DNA of 64,000 nt from an uncultured Methanosarcinaceae archaeon (GTDB lineage: Archaea; Halobacteriota; Methanosarcinia; Methanosarcinales; Methanosarcinaceae), in NCBI GenBank assembly GCA_963774465.1, contig CAVZFI010000001.1:12176-76175 (forward strand), written 5' to 3'. The first letter of the stretch is position 1. Every line of letters starts with the position of its first letter. The notes beneath the pieces are model-generated. The model searched no databases, had not been told where the DNA came from, and was given only the letters and a program-made list of their open reading frames with translations. Both the position numbers and the translations under genes were made by a program. Shown here in pieces: positions 1-10,252 of the stretch.

Positions 1-1274
1 GAAACATGGACTGTCCTCTCCGGGGCAGGAGAAACCCTGACAGCCTCACCCCCTGGAACTTTAACAGCTGAAACCTTTTCAACTGGAGATTTTCCCCTGG
101 GAACTCTGGCAGCAGGAACTGCCCTTGCCGAAACCGGGGGTTTTGTGGCGACATGCCTTGCTTCAACTTTTTCTGCCATCGCAGGAACCCTTTCAGAGAC
201 CTTTTCAAAGGTTTTTTCGGGAACTTTTTCAGGGATCTTTTCAAAAGCTTTTTCAGAGCCTGTTTCCTCTGCTTCTTCTTCCTGAGGCTCTTCTTCGTAA
301 AGGTCTGATTTTGAGGAAACCCTGTGTACTTTAACACGCTTGTGCAGCTTCTTCTCAGCAATTCTGGGGACGACTTCAGGTGCCCTCATTTTTCTCTTAG
401 AACCCCTTTCGATTCTGCAGGCAGCCTCTTCACCTTCCCTTTCCTGAATCCCGTATTTCTCAATGATCTGTTCTACAGGAACTTTCCGGCGTAGAGCTCT
501 TATAACTTCCTTCTGGACAAGGTCCTCTACACATTTTCCATCGGGGGCACGGGCAACATAGTCGATATCTGCCACCTGCAGGAGCTCGCGTATTATGAGT
601 TCTCCTCCACGATCCCCATCCGTAAAAGCAGTTACTGTTTTCTTTTTAGTAAGCTCTGCAACTTCAGGAGGAATATTTGTTCCCCCTACGCAGATGGTAT
701 TCTTTATACCATAGCGGAGCAGGTTCAGAATGTCAGCTCTCCCCTCGAGAATAATGATGGCATCTGAATTAAGTACATTAGGCCCACAGGGAATCCTGGA
801 TTTTCCGTAGTAAGTAAGTTCGTCAACCCTTACGGACTGCCGGACTTCATCGGCCAGTTCTTGAGATTCAGGCACGGTCTCATCGAACATTTTGGTAAAA
901 ATGAGCTTTGCCCTTTCAATAATCTTCTTGCGCTTTACGGCTCTTACGTCCTCTACCTGGAAAACCTCAATTTTGGCGCTGCAGGGCCCAACCCTGTCAA
1001 TGGTCTCAAGAGATGCGGCAAGAATTGATGTTTCGACCTTATCAAGGCTTGAGGGAACAAAGATATTTCCTTTGGTTTTCCCTCCTTTGGCAGTAACCAT
1101 TACCTCGATCCTGCCAATTCTGCCTGTCTTTTGCAGGTCACGCAGATCAAGATCAGCCCCGAGCAATCCCTCGGTCTGGCCAAAGATCGCACCTACGATA
1201 TCAGGACGTTCAATTACCCCATCAGCATTAATTTTAGAATGAATGATGTATTTTGTAGTATCTGTATTTTGCAT
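1..1274 (-). CDS. dnaG: Archaeal DnaG (TOPRIM; primase / exosome-associated RNA-binding protein), 3' end outside the window
   Basis: Missing from the ORF track. Translated by hand from ATG at 1274: [39 protein letters not shown]..., with TOPRIM motifs EGRAD and DGDRGG and a low-complexity E/K/P linker near 120-300. Confidence 0.95.
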   Translation of the reverse strand, partial: MQNTDTTKYIIHSKINADGVIERPDIVGAIFGQTEGLLGADLDLRDLQKTGRIGRIEVMVTAKGGKTKGNIFVPSSLDKVETSILAASLETIDRVGPCSAKIEVFQVEDVRAVKRKKIIERAKLIFTKMFDETVPESQELADEVRQSVRVDELTYYGKSRIPCGPNVLNSDAIIILEGRADILNLLRYGIKNTICVGGTNIPPEVAELTKKKTVTAFTDGDRGGELIIRELLQVADIDYVARAPDGKCVEDLVQKEVIRALRRKVPVEQIIEKYGIQEREGEEAACRIERGSKRKMRAPEVVPRIAEKKLHKRVKVHRVSSKSDLYEEEPQEEEAEETGSEKAFEKIPEKVPEKTFEKVSERVPAMAEKVEARHVATKPPVSARAVPAARVPRGKSPVEKVSAVKVPGGEAVRVSPAPERTVHV

Positions 1275-1399
1275 GTAAATTCTCCTCTGTATATTGTGGA
1301 CGATTTATCGTGATGATTTTTTAAACTACTTCCCACAGGAAGTTTATAGCTAACAATTATGATAGACTGCTTTTCCGGATTATGATCAAAGCAGTCTCA

Positions 1400-1503
1400 T
1401 GATAATACGAACTATTCTCTGTACTCCAGATACTATTCGGTACTCCGAATAATACAAACTATTGGGTACTCCGAACAATGCAAACTATCCTCTGTACTCC
1501 GAA
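1400..1503. repeat. Degenerate ~26-28-bp direct repeats (AAYAATRCRAACTATY..GTACTCC)
   Basis: Four GTACTCC-ending units upstream of dnaG. Confidence 0.6.
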
Positions 1504-2828
1504 ACTCGTAAAGGTCTGGACAATGCAAAAATAGTAAAAATCAGATCTCAGACCGGGTCAGGGATAATACACCCTTGAAGAGGCAGATTTAAGAATTAAA
1601 GGTAACTATGACCGGAAAGAGAATTCCGAATCTGCCTGCAGTTTCTATTTATTGCTTATGCTAGACTTGATCCGGCATCCTGCCGGAAGTGACGCTGTTT
1701 GAGAGAGGCTCTTATTTTACGAGAGCCAGGTAAAGTTCCAGGCTTGTGTTAGCCTGGCTTAAAGCTCTCTTAGACAAAGACGCTCCTGACTTTTCGAGCC
1801 GGACAAATGATACCTGCGATGTCCCTGAGGCTTCCTATACCTGCCCGAAAGCCCTCGCCCTAACATAAGTTTTTATTGTGACCCTGAAATAGACTTCAGA
1901 GCCAGAAGTCGAAATGTGCATTTATCGTTCAATGAGCCTGATAACTCAAGTTTTCCAGAAATACACCCGAAAAGCGGGTAACTCGGGCATGAACAGCCAG
2001 AAGGTGCCAAATGCCCTATTCCGTAAACAAGGAGCTTCGTAATGATAAGTGGTAAAGCGGGAAGTGAAATAAGTATCAGGTTTATTGAGAGCACTTTTTG
2101 ACTTTTACTTCATGGGTGATAATTTATGAGTTTAGTTTTGCATTGAATGATTTATTTTAGCCCTGAGTGATAATGCAGTAAATCTGAAGTTTTTATTATA
2201 TTTGCATGTGAATTAGTTATATTGGATTATCTTTACGAATTTAGCAATGATGAGTAGATGAAGTTGTTAGTTCATGATATGACCAGACAGAACATTTCCC
2301 GCCCGCCTCTAAAGGAATTTCGGCAAAAGAAGGACCCTGTGCGTCATATGTTTTAAATTCATATGTTTAATGCCTGCAGGCTTTAAGAACTTTGTGGTTA
2401 TTTAAAAAGTTCCATCAAGTCCAGATCGTTTTTTCGTGTCCGATATCTTTGAAAATAACAAATTTTCAGAATACCTCCAGAAGAGATTTAAAAATTGTAA
2501 AGAATAATAAACTGGAAAAATTTAGAAAAGTATATATAAAACAAAAGACTTGTAAAAAGTTGAACGGGCGAGGCATAGAAACTTTTTTATGTACTAACCC
2601 CCCACTCCCAAACTCGCTCGTTCAGACCCCCCTGAAATACCATCAATACTTTTTGCGTTTTTGCAAGTAATCTCAGAAATCTATTTACAGATGATAAGGG
2701 TCGATTTTCAAAAGAACCTATTTAAAAAGACCCTTATTAGACTGCCTTAATAAATTCCCTATTCCGAAGCCTGAAAGTCTATCGGGCTTTAAAAACTTAT
2801 AATAGGCGTGAAATACCATTATTAAGTT

Positions 2829-4304
2829 ATGGGAAGCGATTTTGGCATGCAGAAAGCTGTAAACGGTGACATCCAGAAAGCAGCTGGGGTTAATGGAGAA
2901 TCTCGGAAAAGAGAGTCCGCACAGAACCCTGAAAAAAAAGGCCCTACAAGAGTGGTTATTATAGGGGGGGGAGCCTGTGGCATGGCAGTTGCTACCAAAA
3001 TTCGAAGACAGAGTGATTTTGAGATTACCGTACTTTCAAGGGATTCCCATACCGCTTACAGTCACTGCGGAATTCCTTTTGTTCTGGGCCGGGAAATTGA
3101 CAGTTTTGAAAAACTGATAGTAAAGCCCCAGGATTTTTTCAGGAAAAACCGGATAGATGTCAGGCTAAACGAGTGCGCCAGCTCAATAGACCTTGATTTA
3201 AAAATTGTTCGGACAGGGGAAGGGATTTATCCTTTTGACAAACTTGTGATCGCGACAGGTAGCCTGCCCTTTGTACCTCGAACCGGTGGCACAAACGTTC
3301 TCCCTTATGGGGTTTTTACCCTGAGAAGCCTTGCTGATGGAATGCTTTTTGAAAAAGCTCTGGAAACTGTGGAAAAAGTCTGTGTCATAGGCGGAGGGAC
3401 AATAGGAATAGAGTGTTCAGTGGCTCTTTCAAGAAGGGGAATTAAAACTGCCCTCATAACCAGGAGCAAGAGCCTGCTTTTCAGGCAACTGGACCCCGAT
3501 ATTTCCGAAATTATAAGAGAACATCTGGAAAGCATGGGGATCAAAGTCGTTTCTGGAGATCCTGTGGTCTTTCCTGAGAGTTTCTGGAAAGAAAAAACTC
3601 TATATGTTGGGGATAGGCAGTTTCCCGCGGATCTTATGCTCCTTGCAAGCGGGGTAAAACCTGAAATCTCCCTCGGCCTGGAAGCCGGGATCGAAATCGG
3701 AAAAGCCGGAGGAATGGTTGTAAATGAAATGCTACAGGTAAAGGCAGGAGAGAAATTTCTCCCCTATGTGTATGCAGGTGGAGAATGTGTGGAAATAACA
3801 GACCTTGTAACAGGGGAAGCCGGATTGAGCCAGTTGGGCACAACAGCCCGGAGCATGGCCGACGTAATTGGAAACAATATCACAGGAAAGCGTACTGCTT
3901 TCAGACCCCTTGCAAACCCCTGGGTAGCCGTGGCAGGAGATTTGCAATTTGGTGGGGTGGGAATTACCTCAAGAACGGCTGAAAGCCATGGAATAGTAGT
4001 GGTTACAGGATTTTCCCGCGGGCGTACAAGAGCTTCCTACTATCCGGGCCGAAAAGACGTGTACATTAAACTCCTGTTCAAAGATGATTATCTGGTGGGC
4101 GCACAGCTTGCCGGAGGAGAGGGGATAAAGGAAAGAATCGATGCCCTTTCCCTTGCAGTCCGAAAGAAAGCTACCATCTGGGATCTCCTTAGCCTGGAAA
4201 CCTGTTACGCACCGCCGGTCTCAATGCTTGTAGATCCCCTGCGGCAGGCTGTAAAAGCCGCAATCCGAAATATGAGGGAAAGAGAAGATAACAAGATAAA
4301 GTAA
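2829..4304 (+). CDS. FAD-dependent pyridine nucleotide-disulfide oxidoreductase (CoA-disulfide reductase / NADH oxidase-like)
   Basis: Two GxGxxG Rossmann motifs, ATGS, single redox Cys (SHCG), C-terminal YAPP. The true start may lie downstream. Confidence 0.88.
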   Translation: MGSDFGMQKAVNGDIQKAAGVNGESRKRESAQNPEKKGPTRVVIIGGGACGMAVATKIRRQSDFEITVLSRDSHTAYSHCGIPFVLGREIDSFEKLIVKPQDFFRKNRIDVRLNECASSIDLDLKIVRTGEGIYPFDKLVIATGSLPFVPRTGGTNVLPYGVFTLRSLADGMLFEKALETVEKVCVIGGGTIGIECSVALSRRGIKTALITRSKSLLFRQLDPDISEIIREHLESMGIKVVSGDPVVFPESFWKEKTLYVGDRQFPADLMLLASGVKPEISLGLEAGIEIGKAGGMVVNEMLQVKAGEKFLPYVYAGGECVEITDLVTGEAGLSQLGTTARSMADVIGNNITGKRTAFRPLANPWVAVAGDLQFGGVGITSRTAESHGIVVVTGFSRGRTRASYYPGRKDVYIKLLFKDDYLVGAQLAGGEGIKERIDALSLAVRKKATIWDLLSLETCYAPPVSMLVDPLRQAVKAAIRNMREREDNKIK

Positions 4305-4316
4305 GATGAAATCAGG

Positions 4317-5333
4317 ATGAAAATGTGGGGGAAGGAAATGTTAGAAATTGACGGCTCTTACGGCGAGGGGGGAGGGCAGTTGGTCAGAACGGCTGTTGCT
4401 CTTTCCGCAGTCACGGGAAAAGAGATCAGGGTCAAGAATATCAGGAAAAACAGGCCAAATCCTGGCCTGAAGCAGCAGCATTTAAAAGCGCTGGAAACTG
4501 CAGCCAAAATCTGTGAGGCTCGGGTTTCTGGGCTTTTTCCAGGTTCTACAGAGCTTTCCTTTGCTCCAGTGGAAATAAAGGGGGGCAAGTATGATATTGA
4601 TATTGGGACCGCAGGAAGCATAACCCTGTTCCTCCAGTGCATTATGCCAGCCCTGCCATTTGCGAAAGAGAAAGTCGAACTCACGGTAAGGGGAGGAACT
4701 GATGTGGCCTGGTCTCCGACAATGGACTACCTGCAGCATGTAACTTTCAGGGCTCTGGATCGGTTGGGCTATTCAGGTAATGTAACCCTAAAGGAACACG
4801 GCTACTATCCGAAAGGGGGAGGAAAAGTTTCAGCTTTTTTTGAGCCGTGCAGATTTAGAGGATTTCACTTTTTAAAAGAAGAGGAAGAAATCAGAGGGAT
4901 TTCCCATGCTTCGAATCTTCCGACTCATGTGCCTTTACGCCAGGCAGAAGCTGCCAGTACTAGATTACTTGAAGCCGGATATCCCTCCCGGATCGAAACC
5001 CAATCCCTTGAGGCTTTTTCCACTGGAAGTGGGATAACCCTCTGGACAGGCTATACAGGTGGAAGTGCACTTGGTGAAAAAGGGCTTCCTGCAGAGAAAG
5101 TCGGCAAACGTGCTGCAGAAGAAGTTATCACTGAACTTAGAGCAAGAGCCTCTGTGGACATGCATCTGGCAGACCAACTAATACCATATATGGCTCTCGC
5201 AGGAGACAGTTCTTACACTGTCCGGGAACTTTCTCTCCATACTGCAACAAATATCTGGGTTACTGAACAATTCCTGGATGTCAAATTCAGGATAGAGGAA
5301 GAGGAAGGTCTTTTTGAAGTATCTGTGAATTGA
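4317..5333 (+). CDS. rtcA: RNA 3'-terminal phosphate cyclase
   Basis: IDGSYGEGGGQ, GYYPKGGG and catalytic HLADQ motifs. Probable start 4338. Confidence 0.96.
   Translation: MKMWGKEMLEIDGSYGEGGGQLVRTAVALSAVTGKEIRVKNIRKNRPNPGLKQQHLKALETAAKICEARVSGLFPGSTELSFAPVEIKGGKYDIDIGTAGSITLFLQCIMPALPFAKEKVELTVRGGTDVAWSPTMDYLQHVTFRALDRLGYSGNVTLKEHGYYPKGGGKVSAFFEPCRFRGFHFLKEEEEIRGISHASNLPTHVPLRQAEAASTRLLEAGYPSRIETQSLEAFSTGSGITLWTGYTGGSALGEKGLPAEKVGKRAAEEVITELRARASVDMHLADQLIPYMALAGDSSYTVRELSLHTATNIWVTEQFLDVKFRIEEEEGLFEVSVN
4564..4585 (+). promoter_or_regulatory. ORB-like element embedded in the rtcA coding sequence
   Basis: CTCCAGTGGAAATAAAGGGGGG; 19 consecutive bases identical to the origin ORB at 24537-24558. 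Confidence 0.6.
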
Positions 5334-5522
5334 AAGAAGAAAGGGAAAAGAGAGTAAAAGAGAAAAAAAGATAGAAGAAAAGATAGGAAAAGGGAGGGAA
5401 GAAAAAGAAAGTAGAAAAGAAGAAAGGGAAAGAGAATAAAAGCGAAAAAAGAAGAAAGAAAGGGGAGTGAAAGAGAAGAAAGGGAAAAATACCTAAAAGA
5501 ATTTACAGAAAAACCATTAAAA

Positions 5523-6176
5523 TCAGTCTTCAACGACAAAAAGGTATTCAGGAGGTATCTTTTCCGCAAGTACAATATACTCGGTTGCAAGTTTTAAGGA
5601 GACCCCGTCTTCCTGAGCTTTCAAAGCGTCGATTTGAAGAATGATAGGGTTTTCAGTATGAATAAGAGCCACCTCTGCCGCCTTTTCGTAAGAAGTACTG
5701 AGATGGACATATCGCTGTTTTATCGGGAAAATTCCGTTCTCCAGCAGAACATCGACTTCTTCAGGGCTTGCCCCATAATACAGGTATGGAAAATTGCTTT
5801 CCCTATAGTCGAGGTCGATATTGACAGAGTGTCCGTAGCGTGCCCTTATCCTGGACTCACGGATCTCGTACCTACCCTTTTCATCGGATTCCACAAGGGC
5901 ATAAAGGTATTCCTTCCTCATCCAGTTGTACCGCCTTCTCATGACGTCACAGAAAGCGTTCAGATCCACCCAGCCGCACTTGTCCATTTCAACTCCCACA
6001 GATGCTGGAAAATGACGGAGAGTACCCGATACAAATCTGCCGAGCTTTTCCTCTCTACCGTCGTCCAGCAGGTATCTGCCAGGGCGTTTACACTGTAGAC
6101 AGCTGCCTCCTCTAAAATAGCCGTGCTCAGTGCATTTTCGAATCATGATATCACGTACATAATGAAACTTTACCAT
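5523..6176 (-). CDS. kptA: RNA 2'-phosphotransferase (Tpt1/KptA) with N-terminal Cys/His cluster
   Basis: LRH, KGRY, IRARYGHS and RYVHLS motifs. Probable start 6146 (MIRKC). Confidence 0.95.
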   Translation of the reverse strand: MVKFHYVRDIMIRKCTEHGYFRGGSCLQCKRPGRYLLDDGREEKLGRFVSGTLRHFPASVGVEMDKCGWVDLNAFCDVMRRRYNWMRKEYLYALVESDEKGRYEIRESRIRARYGHSVNIDLDYRESNFPYLYYGASPEEVDVLLENGIFPIKQRYVHLSTSYEKAAEVALIHTENPIILQIDALKAQEDGVSLKLATEYIVLAEKIPPEYLFVVED

Positions 6177-6225
6177 AAATAAGGTTTTGTTTTGACAAAG
6201 ATACTCAGTTTAAATTTTCTGTACA

Positions 6226-7306
6226 TCAGCGATTCTCTGCCTTATGATTGTTTCCAAGCACTTTGTAGAATAAGAGGCTTAAAATGGCCAGGAGAGCCGC
6301 TCCTAACGCTGTTTCTCTGAAACCGAAAAGCTGGGAAGAAATTCCTCCCAGGAGAGCGCCTGCAACTCCTGCAGCCCCAATCATGGAGTTGATAAGACCT
6401 GCTGCAGTCGCTTTATCCGGATTCAGTTCAACAACCTGGCGGGTGGGAACCAACATATAGGAAAGCCCAGGCACAGGCAACGAGAAACAAGCTGGGTATG
6501 ATGTAAAGATAGGATGAGGCAAGCGCGTAACTTACAAAATCAACCACTGAAATAAGGTACCCTGCATGGATCAGCTTTTCGTTTTCAAAGGAATCAAGCC
6601 TGCACATGATCAAAAACTGGACTGCGGGGTTAATAGCGTAGATAAATCCGATCCAGAAGTCACTTGCTCCGAGCTGCCTCAGATACAGGGGAAGAAAAGC
6701 CCAGACTCCCAGAGCTGCGGTGTGCCGCAGAAAGAGGAAAAAATAGATCCCTGAGTTTTTCAGCAGGATATCCAGAGAAAAATAGGGGCATCAAGCTGCG
6801 GTTTTGGAATATCTTTTAACTTAAAAGCCTGAAGGAGACAAAATATATAAAACAGAGCAGAAAGCAGAAAAAGCATATTCATTTTTCCCCTATAAGCCCT
6901 GCTAACAAGAAGCCTGCCATCCAGCCCAGCGAACCCAGAGAAATAAACCTGCTCAAGCTCTGGCTCTGGTAATGCACGTAGGCAATCAATGCTCCAGGAC
7001 AAATCCCACAGTTAAACCTGTAAAAGCTCTTGAAAGCATAAGAGTAACAGGGTCACTGGCAAAAACCTGAAGGATAAAAGCTGCAACTGAAAATCCGAAA
7101 CTTCCCAGAAGTACTGTGCGCAGATTATGAAGATCTGAAAGCCTTCCGAAGATAAAAGAAGAAAATAAGGTTGCAGCTGAATAGATTCCCACTATAAGAC
7201 CTACCTCAAGATAAGAAGCTCCAAGAGACCTCGCAAAGACAGGAAGGAAAAGTATGGAGAGTACATTTGCCATATTTGAGAGGAACTGGATTTTGTTTAC
7301 CTGCAT
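6226..7306 (-). pseudogene. MFS transporter, fragmented
   Basis: Consecutive hydrophobic fragments in different frames (6986-7321, 6760-7002, 6428-6613, 6226-6522). MFS motif A (FGRLSD) in the first fragment. Confidence 0.85.
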
Positions 7307-7950
7307 CAAGCCAATAAGCACCAGAAGAGCATGAGCAGAGTATATTAATATTGTTTCCGATTTGTTGAGATAATACTTTCACAGTGCATACGGTAATCTT
7401 TAGTAGGACGCCTTGCATACCGGAGCACATAAATCAGAGGTATTTTTATCCTGCCTCCATTTTCAATCGCCAAACCAAGCACTATCCTGAAAGGCAGATT
7501 CGGTTCTTTCGATTTCCAGTTGAAACTCAGTTCCGCAGCCTCTTCAGGCACTGTAATTAATTTAATTTCAAACAAGTGTCAAGCTGCAACCCAGAAGCCT
7601 TATATTGATAAGACTGCTGCACTGCCAGTAGAGTTGCTGCTGCGGCAGAAACAAAAGGAACATAAAAAAATAAAACTTCAAATAATGTGGATTTAAATTA
7701 AAATGGATAAAAAACTGCTAAATTATTTCGTCCACGCCCTATCTTAACGAATTAATTAAAAGATTACAAAATTTGGAATACATTTAATCCGGAATTCCAC
7801 TTAAAACTTGACCCGAAATGTTTTGAATTTCCATAACAATTCTCAGCTCTGTTAATCTAATCTACCACTCTCATAAAACACTCTCATAAAACAGTTTTTA
7901 AATTTTATGCTACAATACCGAAACCGGGTTCAAAATAATAACCATTACTT

Positions 7951-8086
7951 ACAGAATAAACATCACCAACTAACAGAATAAACATCACCAACTAACAGAA
8001 TAAACATCACCAACTAACAGAATAAACATCACCAACTAACAGAATAAACATCACCAACTAACAGAATAAACATCACCAACTAACAG
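7951..8086. repeat. Perfect 22-bp tandem repeat x6 (ACAGAATAAACATCACCAACTA)
   Basis: Six exact copies plus 4 bp, ending 67 bp before the rpa start. Confidence 0.97.
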
Positions 8087-8153
8087 TATTGCCACGAGAA
8101 TTGAGGCAAATAACAAACACTAAAGATAATAATCATAAATTAAAGGGGATAAA

Positions 8154-9608
8154 ATGACAGATATTGAATCGATCTATAAAAAGCTCAGCCATGTAATTAG
8201 TAAGGAAGACTTCCTGCAGCGTGTCCAAGAAAAGGTCGAGAACATGGGAGGGCTTTGCGACGAACCTATGGCTGCCATGCTGGTTGCTAACGAACTCGGA
8301 TTTTCGGATGTAGGTCGGGACAGTGTGAAAATTGAAGATATTACAGCCGAAAGCGGACCAGTTAACTTTGTTGCGAGGGTCGTTTCAGTTTTCGATACTA
8401 AAGAATTTACCCGAAACGACGGAACCATCGGTAGGGTCGGGAATATAATAGTCGGAGACGAGACCGGTAAAATCAAGGTAACTCTCTGGGACAATATGGC
8501 AGACCTCATAAAAACTGAAAAAGTCAAGGCAGGACAAACCCTCCAGATCAGCGGATACGCAAAGCAAGGGTACTCAGGAGTGGAAGTCAATATAGGAAAT
8601 AATGGAGTCCTGACCGAAAGTGAGGAAGAAATCGATGTGTCTGCGAGCAGCCAGAAGATAAAGGATGTAAAGGATGGAATGGGAGACCTGAACCTGACAG
8701 GAAAAGTCCTGGAAATTTCTGAAATAAGAACCTTCCAGCGAAAGGATGGCACCAGCGGAAAGGTGGGAAACCTGCTGCTTGGGGATGATACAGGCACACT
8801 CAGGGTCACTCTCTGGGATGAAAAAACTGAATTTTTAGACCAGATAGAATATGGAGATGCTATAGAGCTAATCAATGCTTATGCCCGGGAAAACGCATTC
8901 ACTCAGAAAGTTGAACTGCAGGTAGGGAACCGGAGTGTTATCAGGAAAAGTGAGAAAAACGTCGAATATGAAGAGGAATTTACTCCGATTGCGGATATAA
9001 AGACTGATATGAATAATATCAACGTTTCCGGAAGAGTACTTGATATAGCAGAAATCCGGACCTTTGAGAAAAAAGACGGGTCCACAGGAAGAGTAGGAAA
9101 CCTTCTTCTTGGTGATTCCACAGGCAAAATCAGGCTGACATTGTGGGATGAAAAAACCAATTTTCTGGACGAAGTGAATTTTGACGAGACCATAGAAGTA
9201 CTCCATGCTTATTCTCGAGAAAATGCCTTCAACCAGCAAGTTGAACTGAACTTGGGAGCCAGAGGGATAATCCAGAAGACTGAAAAAGAGGTTGAGTACA
9301 GGGAAAAGTTTACGAATATCGCAGATATTATTCCAGGGGAAAGTTATTCAGTCCAGGGTAAGGTTTCCGAAATCGGGGAACTTCGGGAGTTTGAGAGGGA
9401 GGACGGGACCGAGAATGTGGTTGCAAATCTACAACTTAAAGACGAAACCGGCAGCATCAGGCTCACTCTCTGGGGAGAACAGGCGTATGTTATCGAGGAC
9501 CTTGATATTGACTCCGAAATCCAGATCATTGATGCGTATGCGAAGTCCGGTCTGAATGAAGAAATTGAGCTGAGTATCGGGAACCGAAGCAGAGTGATTA
9601 TACTTTAA
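8154..9608 (+). CDS. rpa: Replication protein A (four OB folds)
   Basis: Four repeats of F.R.DG..G.V......D.TG.IR.TLW. Confidence 0.95.
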   Translation: MTDIESIYKKLSHVISKEDFLQRVQEKVENMGGLCDEPMAAMLVANELGFSDVGRDSVKIEDITAESGPVNFVARVVSVFDTKEFTRNDGTIGRVGNIIVGDETGKIKVTLWDNMADLIKTEKVKAGQTLQISGYAKQGYSGVEVNIGNNGVLTESEEEIDVSASSQKIKDVKDGMGDLNLTGKVLEISEIRTFQRKDGTSGKVGNLLLGDDTGTLRVTLWDEKTEFLDQIEYGDAIELINAYARENAFTQKVELQVGNRSVIRKSEKNVEYEEEFTPIADIKTDMNNINVSGRVLDIAEIRTFEKKDGSTGRVGNLLLGDSTGKIRLTLWDEKTNFLDEVNFDETIEVLHAYSRENAFNQQVELNLGARGIIQKTEKEVEYREKFTNIADIIPGESYSVQGKVSEIGELREFEREDGTENVVANLQLKDETGSIRLTLWGEQAYVIEDLDIDSEIQIIDAYAKSGLNEEIELSIGNRSRVIIL

Positions 9609-9693
9609 TCATTCTACATCTTCTCATCCGGCCTTTGTTTTTTATCTATTTCTTAAACCTGCGAGTTTTGACGATAAAAACTTATGAAGAAAG

Positions 9694-9729
9694 CTCCAGT
9701 GGAAATAAGGGGGTCTGAAAAATTTCCTG
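9694..9729 (+). promoter_or_regulatory. ORB element, copy 1 of a 36-37-bp direct repeat
   Basis: CTCCAGTGGAAATAAGGGGGTC followed by TGAAAAATTTCCTG. Confidence 0.8.
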
Positions 9730-9871
9730 TGAGAAAAAGAGAAAGCATTACAAATATAATTTGGGTTTTTTCTAAACTGCACAAACTTATTTTCTAAAAA
9801 ATACTTCTCTTCTGGACTTCTTCCTAATACTTTTTTCAGATAAATGGACATTTTTCATTCTCAGCAAAAAA

Positions 9872-9908
9872 CTCCAGTGGAAACGAAGGGGTTCTGAAAA
9901 ATTTCCTG
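9872..9908 (+). promoter_or_regulatory. ORB element, copy 2
   Basis: CTCCAGTGGAAACGAAGGGGTTC followed by TGAAAAATTTCCTG. Confidence 0.8.
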
Positions 9909-10252
9909 CGAAACTTCCGTAAGCTTTTCGTCATAGGCAAAAGAGCAGAGATCTTAAAAAGCATGCGCTTCTGAATTCATGCAAGCTTCTGTTCTCTACA
10001 AGAAAAACAAATGCCGTTATCGTTATGTACCATTGACTCATATATATAAGTGTTATAAAAACGTCCGAAAAGTGTGGGGAATACATTTTTAGAGGAAACG
10101 GACAAAAAATATATCCGGAAATGACAGGTTTCACCGGAACACAGTCTTTAAAAAGCTATGATTGCAGAGCCTGAATAAAGAAGGAAAACTAAAGCAGTCT
10201 GGAATGTTTTTCCACAGTAAACTGGAAAACTGAAGAGTTTTTATATTCTCAA

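Noticed and set aside
1873-2670. Small ORFs between dnaG and the oxidoreductase
   Set aside because: Non-ATG starts, no SD sequence or motifs.
5213-5590. Phe/Leu/Ser-rich membrane-like ORF
   Set aside because: Translation of the pyrimidine strand of the purine tract.
7345-7650. 76-aa ORF upstream of the MFS pseudogene
   Set aside because: No recognisable motif and a weak start; possibly a gene remnant but not supportable.
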